64,000 bases of DNA from IMG/VR virus record IMGVR_UViG_3300003364_000021, positions 1 to 64,000 of that record, one strand, 5' to 3'. Positions 27,352 through 37,204 of the stretch are shown here, in pieces. The notes under the pieces are model-generated. The model made no database searches and was not told the origin of the DNA. It worked only from the letters and a program-made list of their open reading frames with translations. Within the stretch, counting starts at the first letter, position 1. Every line of letters starts with the position of its first letter. Both the position numbers and the translations under genes were made by a program. Source of the DNA: an uncultured virus (IMG/VR IMGVR_UViG_3300003364_000021) (lineage: Duplodnaviria > Heunggongvirae > Uroviricota > Caudoviricetes).

Positions 27352-28443
27352 ATGACAAAACCGCTTCACATCTTCCGCGCTGGCCGCCACACCGCCCAAT
27401 CCGGGCAGAGCCTCGACTTTTCCGAGGCCGAGGTTGAGGGCATCGCCGCCGCCTATGATCCCGCCCTCCATGAGGCCCCCATCGTCGTGGGCCATCCCCG
27501 CACCGATGCCCCGGCCTATGGCTGGGTCAAGAGCCTGCGCGCCGACGGCTCGGAGCTCTTTGCCGAGCCTGACCAGGTCGAACCCGCCTTCGCCGAGATG
27601 GTGCGCGCGGGCCGCTTCAAGCGCATTAGCGCCTGCTTCTATCCCCCCAAAGCCGCAGCAAACCCGAGCCCCGGCACCTACTACCTTAAGCATGTGGGCT
27701 TTCTGGGTGCCCAGCCCCCCGCCGTGAAAGGGCTGAAGGCCGCCGAGTTCGCCGAGGACGCCGAGGCCGTGACCCTAGAGATCGCCTTCTCAGAGGCGGA
27801 GGCCGACGCGCCTGCCGCCAGTTTCGCGGACGCCCTGAAAGGCGCGGTTTCCGCCGTCCTGTCCTGGGCACGCACGCCCGCAGGCCAAGACGCGCTCCGC
27901 CACGCCATCGACGTGCCCGAGGACGGACAAGCCCCCTTTGCAGAAACCCAAGAAGGAGAGACCGATATGTCCGGCAAGGACACGCCAACCCCCGAAGACC
28001 GCCAAGCCGCGCTCGACGCGCGCGAGGCCGAGATCGCCGCGAAAGAGGCGGCTTTCGCCGAGGCGCAGAGCACGACCCGCCGCGCCGAAGATGCCGCCCT
28101 CCTCGACGCCCTTGCCAAGGACGGGCGCATCGCGCCGGGCCTCAAGGACGAAATGGCCGCGTTTATGGAAAGCCTCGATGCGCAAGACGAGGTGGCCTTT
28201 GCCGAAGGCAAGAGCGCCAGCCCGCGCGACTGGTTCCGCGACCTGCTCTCCAAACAGACCAAGCCGCTGATCGAATTCGGCGAGCGGGCGAGCGGTGATG
28301 CCACGCCGCAGGTCAAGGGGTCGGACGATATCACCGCCGCCGCCAAGCGTCTGATCAAGGACGCCGAGGCGGAGGGCCGCACGCTGAGCTTCGCCGAGGC
28401 CGCACGCCACATCGAGGCAACCATGGAGAGCGACAATGGCTAA
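27352..28443 (+). CDS. Head maturation protease/scaffold (Mu I/Z-like)
   Basis: HEAPIVVGHP..DAPAYGWV, HVGFLGAQPPAVKGL. Confidence 0.88.
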   Translation: MTKPLHIFRAGRHTAQSGQSLDFSEAEVEGIAAAYDPALHEAPIVVGHPRTDAPAYGWVKSLRADGSELFAEPDQVEPAFAEMVRAGRFKRISACFYPPKAAANPSPGTYYLKHVGFLGAQPPAVKGLKAAEFAEDAEAVTLEIAFSEAEADAPAASFADALKGAVSAVLSWARTPAGQDALRHAIDVPEDGQAPFAETQEGETDMSGKDTPTPEDRQAALDAREAEIAAKEAAFAEAQSTTRRAEDAALLDALAKDGRIAPGLKDEMAAFMESLDAQDEVAFAEGKSASPRDWFRDLLSKQTKPLIEFGERASGDATPQVKGSDDITAAAKRLIKDAEAEGRTLSFAEAARHIEATMESDNG

Positions 28444-28801
28444 TCCCGGACTGTTCATCAAATCCTACGCCGCCGAGGCGGCAGTGCCCGGTCGCCGGAT
28501 CGTCAAATTCGGCGCGGCTGGCGGCGTCCTTGTGGCCGCCTCCGCGACCAATCTCGCGATTGGCATCTCGGACCAGCTCGACGCGAAACTTGGCGATCTT
28601 CAGGACGTGATCATGTCCGGCTCCGCCGAGCTTGAGCTTGCAGGCACGGTCGCTGCAGGTGCCCCTGTCACGTCAAATGCCGCAGGTTTGGGCGTCGCAG
28701 CCGCCGCCGGGGCCGGAAACGTCGCCGTCGGCTACGCGCTGCAGGCCGGTGTCGCTGGCGACATCATCGATGTGGCGATTGCCCGCCACTCCGTCACCTG
28801 A
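28436..28801 (+). CDS. Head decoration/cement protein (DUF2190-like)
   Basis: Ala/Gly-rich 121 aa between protease and capsid. Confidence 0.7.
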   Translation: MANPGLFIKSYAAEAAVPGRRIVKFGAAGGVLVAASATNLAIGISDQLDAKLGDLQDVIMSGSAELELAGTVAAGAPVTSNAAGLGVAAAAGAGNVAVGYALQAGVAGDIIDVAIARHSVT

Positions 28802-28821
28802 TCCTCAAGGAGCGCTGATCA

Positions 28822-29781
28822 ATGAGCACACCCACCCCCTTCGTCGTCGATCCGGTCCTGACCGCCATCGCCGTCAACTACCGCAACCCCGATATCTCGT
28901 TCATTGCTGACCAGGTGATGCCCCGCGTTCCGGTCATGGGCACGGATTTCAAATGGACCTATTTCCCGCCTGAACAGATGTTCACGGTGCCTGACACGGA
29001 AGTGGGCCGCAAAGGTCTGGTCCAACAGGTCGAGTTCACCGGCGAAGAGCGCACCTCCTCGGTCAAGGACTACGGTCTCGACGACGTGGTGCCGCAGCGC
29101 GACATCGATACTGCCCGCAGCCTGCGCGCCGCTGGCAACTCGGCCTTCGATCCCGAGGCCCGCGCGGTCGAAGGCGTCACGCATCTGATCCAGCTCGACC
29201 GCGAAAAGCGCGTCGCGGCCATGGTGCAGGACGCCGCAAACTATGACGCCGACAAGAAAGTGGTGCTGTCGGGCGCGGGCCAGTTCAGCGATCCCGCCTC
29301 CGACCCTATCGGCGTGATCTCTGCTGCCCTCGACGCCACCTTCATCATGCGCCCGAACGTGGCCGCAATGGGCCGCAAGGCCTGGACGGCGCTCTCAACC
29401 CATCCCGATATCCTGAAGGCCATCAACCGCACGTCGGGCGACAAGGGCCGCGCCAGCCGCGAGGCGGTGGCAGAGCTGTTCGAGCTGTCGGAAATCCTCG
29501 TGGGCGACAGCTACATCAACTCAGCCCGCAAAGGGCAAACGGCCGCTTTTGAGAAGGTCTGGGGCGGCAATATCGCCCTGATCCACCGCAACATGCAGGC
29601 AGGCCCCGACGGCACCGCCCCCGCATGGGGCTGGACCGCACAGTTCGATGGCCGCGTCTCGGGGCGCTTCTTCGACCCCAAGGTCGGTCTAAAAGGGGCC
29701 ACCACGCTGCGCGTGGGCGAGCAGCTCCGCGAAGTCATCGCGGCCCCCGCCACCGGCTATCTGATCGAGGACGCAGCATGA
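28822..29781 (+). CDS. Major capsid protein
   Basis: DPVLTAIA..Y.N...IAD.V.P N-terminus; position; strong RBS. Confidence 0.85.
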   Translation: MSTPTPFVVDPVLTAIAVNYRNPDISFIADQVMPRVPVMGTDFKWTYFPPEQMFTVPDTEVGRKGLVQQVEFTGEERTSSVKDYGLDDVVPQRDIDTARSLRAAGNSAFDPEARAVEGVTHLIQLDREKRVAAMVQDAANYDADKKVVLSGAGQFSDPASDPIGVISAALDATFIMRPNVAAMGRKAWTALSTHPDILKAINRTSGDKGRASREAVAELFELSEILVGDSYINSARKGQTAAFEKVWGGNIALIHRNMQAGPDGTAPAWGWTAQFDGRVSGRFFDPKVGLKGATTLRVGEQLREVIAAPATGYLIEDAA

Positions 29782-30134
29782 GCTATCGCATCAAACGCAC
29801 TGTGATCGCGGCCAAACGGCTGGAGATCGGCGACCAGGTAAACGCCAAGGATATCGGCACCGAGGCGCAGGTTGCGCGCCTCCTCGCCCTGGGCGCAATC
29901 GAAAAGGCCGGAGACGAGGCGGGAACCGTGACCCCACTCGAGATGGACGACGCACTGCGCGCGGCCTTGACCAATGCCATCAACGACCTGCCCGGCGACG
30001 CCTTCGACAAGAGCGGCAAGCCTAAGGTCAAGGCGTTGCAGGACGCAGCCCCCAGCATCGCCGACCGGATCACCGCAGCCGCGCGGGATACCGTCTGGGC
30101 TGAGATGCAGGCCGCCGCCAACGCGGCCACCTGA
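29778..30134 (+). CDS. Hypothetical head-region protein
   Basis: Coupled to capsid; SGKPKVKAL motif. Confidence 0.65.
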   Translation: MSYRIKRTVIAAKRLEIGDQVNAKDIGTEAQVARLLALGAIEKAGDEAGTVTPLEMDDALRAALTNAINDLPGDAFDKSGKPKVKALQDAAPSIADRITAAARDTVWAEMQAAANAAT

Positions 30135-30218
30135 GAATACCCCCGAGGGGACGCCGCCTAGGATCAGGCGTGACAGCCGGGAGAGACCGGCACCCAAACA
30201 ACGGACCCGGAGGCGGAC

Positions 30219-30644
30219 ATGCCCTATCTTTTGCCCAGCGACATGATCGACCGCTACGGCGAGGGGTTTCTCGCCCAAGTCACTGCGCGTGACACAATGC
30301 CCGGGGTGATCGACACGGCGGCGCTGCAGGTGGCCGTCGACGATGCCGTCTCCGTCGCCGAGAGCTATGTCGCGGGGCTTTATGATACGTCCAACCCACC
30401 GCGTGCGCTCACCATGCACGCCGCCGCGATTGCCTGGTATCGGCTTCTCGGCGCGCGGGCCGCTGCCTTTGACGGGGCCAAGGAAGGCTATGAGGACGCC
30501 GTCAGTTTTCTGCGGCAGGTGCGCAAGGGCGAGGCCTCGCTCGGCGACGAGACGCCCGGGGACACTGTGCGGGGCAACCCCCAGCTTCCGCAGATCAGCG
30601 CGCCGGAGGGCACCTTCAGCCGCGACAGCCTGAAAGGGTTTTGA
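30219..30644 (+). CDS. Head-tail adaptor (Mu gp36/DUF1320-like)
   Basis: IAWYRL...YEDAVSFL.QV.KG motif. Confidence 0.85.
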   Translation: MPYLLPSDMIDRYGEGFLAQVTARDTMPGVIDTAALQVAVDDAVSVAESYVAGLYDTSNPPRALTMHAAAIAWYRLLGARAAAFDGAKEGYEDAVSFLRQVRKGEASLGDETPGDTVRGNPQLPQISAPEGTFSRDSLKGF

Positions 30645-30645
30645 A

Positions 30646-31077
30646 ATGATCGGCGACGTCATCACCCGGATCGAGGCTGAGGTGCCCGAGCTTGCCGGTC
30701 GTGTCGACGGCGGGCGCGCCTTTGTCGATCTGATCCGCTCCAAGAAGCTGCCCGCGCAATCGGTCGCGGCCTACGTCTTTCCCTCCGGCATGCAGGGCGG
30801 GCGCGCCGATGCCGCGGCGGGCGTCTACAGCCAGATGCTGACCTATCGCACGAGCGTGGTGATCTTCGTGCAATCCTTTGACCGCACGGGGGCCACCGCC
30901 CTCGACAAGATCGACCAGTTCCTGATGCGCGTGATCCGCGCCTTGGCGGGCTGGGCACCGGGTGACGAGGTCGGCGTGCACCGTTTTGAGCGTGGCCAGC
31001 TCATCGAGAGCGGGGCCGGTCGCCTCGCCTATCAACTCGATTTCTCCATCGACGATCAACTGAGGATCATCTCATGA
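30646..31077 (+). CDS. Tail terminator-like protein (gp37-like)
   Basis: AL.GW.P motif; synteny. Confidence 0.7.
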   Translation: MIGDVITRIEAEVPELAGRVDGGRAFVDLIRSKKLPAQSVAAYVFPSGMQGGRADAAAGVYSQMLTYRTSVVIFVQSFDRTGATALDKIDQFLMRVIRALAGWAPGDEVGVHRFERGQLIESGAGRLAYQLDFSIDDQLRIIS

Positions 31078-31199
31078 CCAAACTTCCCACCTCCGGCGGA
31101 TCCTACACCCGCGACGACAAGGGCGCGCTGAAACCTGCCGGGGCCAGCCCCAAGCCCACGTCCGCGCCCAAATCTGACAAGAAGGATGCCGACAAATGA
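31074..31199 (+). CDS. Small hypothetical protein
   Basis: ATGA overlaps at both ends; MTKLPTSGGSYTRD. Confidence 0.5.
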   Translation: MTKLPTSGGSYTRDDKGALKPAGASPKPTSAPKSDKKDADK

Positions 31200-32131
31200 G
31201 CCTGCTCTGGAGACGCAAAGTCCTGCTCGCGAAGCTGGAAACCACCTATGGAACGGACGCCACCCCTACTGGCGGCGACGCAATCCTCGCGACCGATGTG
31301 CGCCTGTCGCCGATGCAGGGTCAGGATCTCGACCGCAATCTCGACACGCCGCACGGCGGGCCCACCGGCACGATCCCGGTCGATCTGCACCGCACCATCT
31401 CGTTCAAGGTCGAACTGGCAGGCTCCGGCACCGCCGGAACCGCGCCCCGCTGGGGCCGCCTCCTGCGGGCCTGTGGCTGTGCCGAGACCGTGACGGCGGC
31501 GACGTCTGTGGTCTACAATCGGGTTTACTCGAACCTTGAGAGCGTCACGCTGCACCTCAATATCGGCGGCACGCTCTACGCCATGGTGGGGGTGCGCGGG
31601 ACCGCCGCCTTTGACGTCTCGGCCTCGGGCATTCCCTATATCGAGTTCGAGTTCACCGCCCTCTACGTGGCCCCGGCCGACGTGGCGATCCCGACCCCAG
31701 ATTTCACCGGCATTCCCGATCCGCTCGCGGCCTCGGATGCCAACACGCCCACCTTCACGATTGATGAGACGTCGCTTGTGATGCGGAGCTTCAAGCTCAC
31801 CCTCGCCAATCGCGTCGAGGCGCAATTCCTGATCGGTGAGGAGGAAGTGCTACTCGACGGGCATGAGAACACCGTCGAGGCGCGGGTGCGTGCCGTGGCG
31901 CTGGCCACGTTCAACCCGTTCACCATGGCCGCCACCAAAGCCAAGGTCGCGCTCGAGATCGAGCACGGCAAGACGGCAGGCAACATCGTCAATATCGCCG
32001 CCCCGAATGCGCAGATGCAGCGTCCTGAAGGGCTTGAGGACGGTCAGGGTCGCAAGGAGTGGCCGCTGCGCCTTGTGCCGCTGCCCACCACCGCTACCGC
32101 TGCCGACCAGTGGACGATGACGCTCACCTGA
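31196..32131 (+). CDS. Major tail tube protein
   Basis: AKLETTYGTD...LLRACG; no sheath gene present. Confidence 0.8.
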   Translation: MSLLWRRKVLLAKLETTYGTDATPTGGDAILATDVRLSPMQGQDLDRNLDTPHGGPTGTIPVDLHRTISFKVELAGSGTAGTAPRWGRLLRACGCAETVTAATSVVYNRVYSNLESVTLHLNIGGTLYAMVGVRGTAAFDVSASGIPYIEFEFTALYVAPADVAIPTPDFTGIPDPLAASDANTPTFTIDETSLVMRSFKLTLANRVEAQFLIGEEEVLLDGHENTVEARVRAVALATFNPFTMAATKAKVALEIEHGKTAGNIVNIAAPNAQMQRPEGLEDGQGRKEWPLRLVPLPTTATAADQWTMTLT

Positions 32132-32179
32132 GGGGCTTTAACGCGCCCTTCAACGCCACTTTGAAAGAGAGTTTACCCC

Positions 32180-32509
32180 ATGTTCAAGATCGACCCGACC
32201 CCGGCCTTTACCCACCGCGTCGAGATCAAGGTGCCCACCGACGGGGGCCATGACTTGCAGGACCTGCAAGTCACGTTCCGCGTGCTGCCCGACGATGAAA
32301 TCGAGGCTTTCGACATGCGCACCACACGCGGTGAGCGGGAATTTCTAGCGGCGGCCGTGGTGGGCTTTGACGACGTCGAAGACGAGAAGGGCAAGACGCT
32401 GCCCTACAGCCACAGCCTGCGCGACCGGCTGATCGGTCTGGCCTATGTCCGCGTCGCCCTGGTCAATGCCTATCACGCGGCGCTCATGGGGAAGCGGGTA
32501 AAAAACTGA
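32180..32509 (+). CDS. Tail assembly chaperone
   Basis: Between tube and tape measure; ends at slippery A AAA AAC. Confidence 0.8.
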   Translation: MFKIDPTPAFTHRVEIKVPTDGGHDLQDLQVTFRVLPDDEIEAFDMRTTRGEREFLAAAVVGFDDVEDEKGKTLPYSHSLRDRLIGLAYVRVALVNAYHAALMGKRVKN

Positions 32510-32868
32510 AATGGGCCGGGCGGGCATGGGCGCGCGGCGACCTGATCGCTGATGACCAGGGCAGCGACCATGATGACGAGGCGGCGTTCTGGGGGATCGA
32601 CCCGGGCCAGCTCACTCGCGATCCGTCCGGCTCTGGCACTGGCACTGGCATCTGGCCGCAAAACGTCCCGGTCGTTCGGGCCTTCCTCGCGGTCTGCAAT
32701 CAATGGCGCACTGTCTCGGCCGGGCTGGCCGGTTTCCGGGTCGTGGGCCTCGACTACACCGCTGCACGGGCGGGCCTGCGCATGAGCGGGATACGGATCA
32801 CGCCCCAACTTTGGGCCGAGGTACAGGTGATCGAAAGCGCGGCCGTGGCCGCGATGCGGGAGAGCTGA
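32503..32868 (+). CDS. Frameshifted tail chaperone extension (DUF1799-like)
   Basis: -1 frame open 32503-32868 (IWPQN...NQWR...GLDY...IESAA) with no upstream start. Confidence 0.75.
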   Translation, partial: KLKWAGRAWARGDLIADDQGSDHDDEAAFWGIDPGQLTRDPSGSGTGTGIWPQNVPVVRAFLAVCNQWRTVSAGLAGFRVVGLDYTAARAGLRMSGIRITPQLWAEVQVIESAAVAAMRES

Positions 32869-32869
32869 C

Positions 32870-35479
32870 ATGACATTGGTCGCACGGGCCGAAATCCTCA
32901 TGGACGCCGACCAGGCGAAGGCGGAGCTGCAGGCAACCGGCACCGCCGCCAAAGGGGCCGCCCAAGACATTCGCGGCGTGGGCACCCAAGGGGCCAATGC
33001 AGCGCGCGGTGTGAAACAACTCGAGACCGCCGCGCGGACCTCGGCAACGGGCCTGACCGCTGCCAGTTCCGCTGCGAATGTCAACACTGCTGCAACTCAG
33101 AAAATGGCCTCGGCCAATCGCCTTGCCGCAGGCTCGATGGGCAACCTGGTGGCGCAGGGCAATGACGTCTTCGTCATGCTGGCAGCGGGGCAGAACCCGC
33201 TGACACTGGCTATCCAGCAGGGCACGCAGATCACTCAAGTCATAGGCCCGCTCGGGGCTGCAGGCGCGTTCCGGGCTTTGGGCGGCGCGGTTCTTGCGAT
33301 GCTGAGCCCCATTAATCTGATCACCATCGGCGCGCTCGCGGCGACGGCTACCGTGGTCAACTGGTTCATGTCATCGTCAGAAGAGGCCGAGAGCTTCGCG
33401 GACAGCGTTGAAGCGCTCGAGACCCGCATCGACAGCCTGAAGGACAAGATCGCCGAGGCCTCTGCCACCCGGCTGGAGCTGGCCGACCGGTTTGGTGAAG
33501 GCTTCGTTGACCGCGCGCAGGACATTCTCGACCGCATCGTCGAGGCAGAAAAGCGCGCGGCACAGCGCGAGGCGGCGTCAAATATCGGCTCGTTTGTCGG
33601 CGAGACGGGCATAAACCCCTCGCGTGGCGTCGGATTTAACCGCCGTGCCATCGAAGACGAATTCGACTTCGGCGGCATTATCCGAGACCGAAGCGTATTT
33701 GACGAACAACGCAGGCTTGCGGAAGCCGTCGCAGAGGACCTGATCGCGCTGCAGGACGCCGCTGGCGGGACAATTGAACAGCAGCAAGGCGCCATTGAGG
33801 CGCTCATTCTAAGCTACACCGCCGCCGCCGAAGCGGTGGGGACAATATCCGAGGCAGAAGAAGCCCGACTTCTGACACTTGACCAGATGCGTATCCGCTT
33901 GGCCGAAGTCGCCGAGCTTCAATCGCAAAACCCTGAGGACAACCGCCAGTCCGAGGAAATGCTGACCTTCCTCGACCTGGTGACCAAAAGCACCGGCGAG
34001 CAGCTGAAGGCCGAGGCGGCGGCGCAGGCCATGCTTTTGACGCTGACCGAGCAGAATGCGGTCGCGGAGGCTATCGCCCGGACCGGCGCGGACAGCGTCG
34101 AAGTCTCGCGCCTACGCGCGCAGTTCGCCCTCAACGCCAAGCTGGAGGAGATCGCGGCTTCGGACGCAAGCGAGGCAACCAAGGAGGCACTGCGCGAGGC
34201 GGCTGAAGCTGCATTTGATCTGTCGACGGTAGATGTTTCCGGCGCGTTGAACGCCGCCGCAAATGAGGCAGCCCGCCTCTCGGCCGAGGTGCGCGGCGCT
34301 GTCGACGCAATGTTCGACCTGCAATCTCAAGGGCAGGCCCAGCTTGAGACCGCGCGTATCCGTGCCGAGTTCCGCGACGACCCTGTTGGACGTGCGGGGG
34401 CCTTGGCCGGTGCACGTTTTGACAGAGACACACAACCACTTCGCCGCGACGGCTTTGCGAACGCCGGGGAGGAAGCCTTTCTCAACAGCCAACGGCAAGC
34501 CGCCATCGAGCAGGCCCGCGAAATTGCGCGCCTCAACGAGCAGGCCCGACCCACGCGGTCCGGCAGCGGCGCGCGGGGCACATCGACCAACGAGACCCTG
34601 CGCGAACAGCAGGCCCTTGACCGGCTGATCGCATCCAAACAGCGCGAGATAGAGGCCCTGCGCGAAAGCGATCCGGTGCAGCGCGAGATGATCCGCTTGC
34701 GTGAACGCCTGACCGCCGCGACGCCAAAGCAACGTGCGGAGATCGAGGCTCTCGTCGAGGCCCATGAAAACGAGCGCGTCGCCATGGAGCGCAAGGAGGA
34801 ATTCGGCAACGCCGTCGACGACGTGCTGCTCGAGGCCGAAAGCCTCCGGGACGTCTGGGAGGGGATCGGCGACATGATCATCCGCGCGGCCAAGGAAGCG
34901 CTCATCCTCGGCTCTGGCCCGCTGTCCGGTCTCTTTGGGGGCAGCGGCGGCGGCGGTCTCCTGAGCGGGATCTTCGGCGGCGGCGGGCTTGGCGATCTCT
35001 TTGACCTTTTCTCGGGAGGCTCGCTGCTCTCCTTCGCCAATGGCGGCCTGCCCGGCTTTGCCAGCGGCGGCGATCCTCTTGTCACCCGTCCCGGCCTCCT
35101 CTTGGGCGCAGGCACGGGCCGGGGCGACCGTATTCGCGCGATGGTGAGTGCCGGGGAATTCATCATGACGGCCGAGGCCACAGCGCGCAACCGCGCGGTG
35201 CTCGAGGCCATGAACGCAGGCGCGATCATTCCGGGCTTTGCCGGGGGCGGCCTGCCCCTGCCTGTGCAGGCTGCGGGCGCAGCGCCGGCAAGAGGTGGCG
35301 GCGCGGGCGCTTCGGCGGAGGGCATGACACGCCTGCGGATCGAGCCGTCGGACCTGTTCCGTGTCGTCGTCGAGGACCGCGCGCGGGACGTGGCCGTGGA
35401 CGTAGTCGACAACTTTTCAAACGAGCAGCTGCCGCTCCGGGTCGAGACGATCCGGCGCGACCCGCTGGGGAGGGGATAA
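32870..35479 (+). CDS. Tape measure protein
   Basis: Q.NDVFV.LAAGQNP...QQG.QI lambda-type N-terminus; Ala-rich; FA.GG repeats. Confidence 0.9.
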   Translation: MTLVARAEILMDADQAKAELQATGTAAKGAAQDIRGVGTQGANAARGVKQLETAARTSATGLTAASSAANVNTAATQKMASANRLAAGSMGNLVAQGNDVFVMLAAGQNPLTLAIQQGTQITQVIGPLGAAGAFRALGGAVLAMLSPINLITIGALAATATVVNWFMSSSEEAESFADSVEALETRIDSLKDKIAEASATRLELADRFGEGFVDRAQDILDRIVEAEKRAAQREAASNIGSFVGETGINPSRGVGFNRRAIEDEFDFGGIIRDRSVFDEQRRLAEAVAEDLIALQDAAGGTIEQQQGAIEALILSYTAAAEAVGTISEAEEARLLTLDQMRIRLAEVAELQSQNPEDNRQSEEMLTFLDLVTKSTGEQLKAEAAAQAMLLTLTEQNAVAEAIARTGADSVEVSRLRAQFALNAKLEEIAASDASEATKEALREAAEAAFDLSTVDVSGALNAAANEAARLSAEVRGAVDAMFDLQSQGQAQLETARIRAEFRDDPVGRAGALAGARFDRDTQPLRRDGFANAGEEAFLNSQRQAAIEQAREIARLNEQARPTRSGSGARGTSTNETLREQQALDRLIASKQREIEALRESDPVQREMIRLRERLTAATPKQRAEIEALVEAHENERVAMERKEEFGNAVDDVLLEAESLRDVWEGIGDMIIRAAKEALILGSGPLSGLFGGSGGGGLLSGIFGGGGLGDLFDLFSGGSLLSFANGGLPGFASGGDPLVTRPGLLLGAGTGRGDRIRAMVSAGEFIMTAEATARNRAVLEAMNAGAIIPGFAGGGLPLPVQAAGAAPARGGGAGASAEGMTRLRIEPSDLFRVVVEDRARDVAVDVVDNFSNEQLPLRVETIRRDPLGRG

Positions 35480-36150
35480 TGGCGGTCCAGGTTTGGCCCA
35501 TTCCGACGTCTGGATTTTTCGACCTCTTGGGGATCGAAGAGGCCACCTTTTATCTGCCGGGCGACAGCACAAGCTCTGTCACGGCCGGGGGCGAGGTCAT
35601 CACCCATCGGCGAGGGGCACGGCTCTGGCAGGGCGAGGTCGTTCTGGGCAAGTCGGAGCCCGACGTGATCGCGGCGCAAGACGCGCTGATCGAGCACCTG
35701 CTCGAGCCGGGGGCGTCCTTTATGATCTATGACCGCCGTCAATTCGCGCCCCAAGACCCCGCCTATCCGGCAGGCATCAACTGGGCCGCGCAACCGGTCA
35801 CGATCAAGAGCCTCGTGCCCGGCAACCGCGAACTGAGCCTGCAAGGCCTGCCGCCGAACTTCACCCTGCGGCGCGGGCAGAAAATCGGGTTTCAGTATCT
35901 GACGAGCCCCGTCCGATATAACGTCCACCGCATTCTCAATGCGACCGTCACGGCGGATAGCACCGGGGCGACTGCCCGGTTCGAGGTGTCCCCCTTCCTG
36001 CGACCCGGCGTCGTGGTCGGGGCCTCAGTGGTCGTTGATCGCCCGCAGGCGCGGGCAAAACTACTCAGCTTCAAACCGGGACCGGGGCGCTCGCGCCGCA
36101 CCGAGGGCGGCAGCTTCACCTGGCAACAGACGCTGGGGGGCGGCGTATGA
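35479..36150 (+). CDS. Distal tail-like protein
   Basis: Position after tape measure. Confidence 0.6.
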   Translation: MAVQVWPIPTSGFFDLLGIEEATFYLPGDSTSSVTAGGEVITHRRGARLWQGEVVLGKSEPDVIAAQDALIEHLLEPGASFMIYDRRQFAPQDPAYPAGINWAAQPVTIKSLVPGNRELSLQGLPPNFTLRRGQKIGFQYLTSPVRYNVHRILNATVTADSTGATARFEVSPFLRPGVVVGASVVVDRPQARAKLLSFKPGPGRSRRTEGGSFTWQQTLGGGV

Positions 36151-36806
36151 GCTTTGATCTCGCGCAGACAGATCAGTTGGCCGAGCGCAGCGGCACGGAT
36201 GCGCATATCCTCGTGTTGATCGAGCCACGCGACCGGGTCACGGGCGAGATCGTCCAGATGGGGCTCTGGACAGGGGACGATCACCAGACCTTTAGCGTCG
36301 ACGGCGAAACCCATCTCTTTCTGGGCGCGGGCAATGTGATCGAGGTGCCGCCGATCCGCGCCGGGATTGGCCTTGAGGTACGCCGCAACCGGGTCATCCT
36401 GCCGCCAATGACGGATGCCGCAAAGCTCGCCTTGCAGGTCTATCAGGCCTCACAGGCGCGGGTGCGGGTCTGGTCACAGCCGATGGATATCTACACCGGC
36501 GCGCCGTTGGGCACGCCACAGCGCGTCATCAAGGGATGGTTAGAGACGGCACCGGAGACGCTGGGCAAGCTCGGCGATCAGTCGCGCACGGAGCTGGTGA
36601 TTTCCTCGGCCGCGCGGCGGCTTACGTTTCGCCAGCCTCTCTTCAAATCTGACGCGGCACAACGGTTGCGCGACCCGGCCGACAGGTTCCGCGAATATGC
36701 CGCCAGCATCGCCGACCGCCCGATCCCATGGGGTCAGGAAACGGTCGTGACCGAGATCCCGCCAGCGCCACCGCCCTTGAACGTGGACGGAGACAACCGG
36801 CGATGA
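36147..36806 (+). CDS. Tail tip/hub protein
   Basis: LWTG..., SDAAQR.R.P.D motif; synteny. Confidence 0.6.
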   Translation: MSFDLAQTDQLAERSGTDAHILVLIEPRDRVTGEIVQMGLWTGDDHQTFSVDGETHLFLGAGNVIEVPPIRAGIGLEVRRNRVILPPMTDAAKLALQVYQASQARVRVWSQPMDIYTGAPLGTPQRVIKGWLETAPETLGKLGDQSRTELVISSAARRLTFRQPLFKSDAAQRLRDPADRFREYAASIADRPIPWGQETVVTEIPPAPPPLNVDGDNRR

Positions 36807-37204
36807 CGGGACGCGTGCATCTTCTGCGGCAATTCCTCGACGCCCGGCGCGCGGTAGCATTCCGGCCGAGCCTGTCCGACTGCGCAATGTTCGCGGCCGA
36901 CTGGATCGCCGTGCTGACCGGGCAGGATCCGGCCGCACGGTGGCGCGGGCGCTATCGCAGCATTGAGGAGGGTCGCACGCTTCTAGCCGCCGACGGGTTC
37001 GCGTCGCCCGCCGAGGTTCTGGCACCGATCCTGTTGCCGGGCGCAGGCTGGATGCAGGCGCAGACCGGCGACGTGGCCGTGCTGATCGAGGCAGGCGAGG
37101 AGGTCATGGGCATCATCGGTGGCGGTCATATTCACGCACTGCGTCCCGGTCGCGGCCTTGGCGCTGCCCCACTAAATCGCGCCATCCGGATTTATCGGCC
37201 ATGA
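36803..37204 (+). CDS. NlpC/P60-like tail-associated protein
   Basis: DCAMFAADW..VLTG.DP motif. Confidence 0.7.
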   Translation: MTGRVHLLRQFLDARRAVAFRPSLSDCAMFAADWIAVLTGQDPAARWRGRYRSIEEGRTLLAADGFASPAEVLAPILLPGAGWMQAQTGDVAVLIEAGEEVMGIIGGGHIHALRPGRGLGAAPLNRAIRIYRP

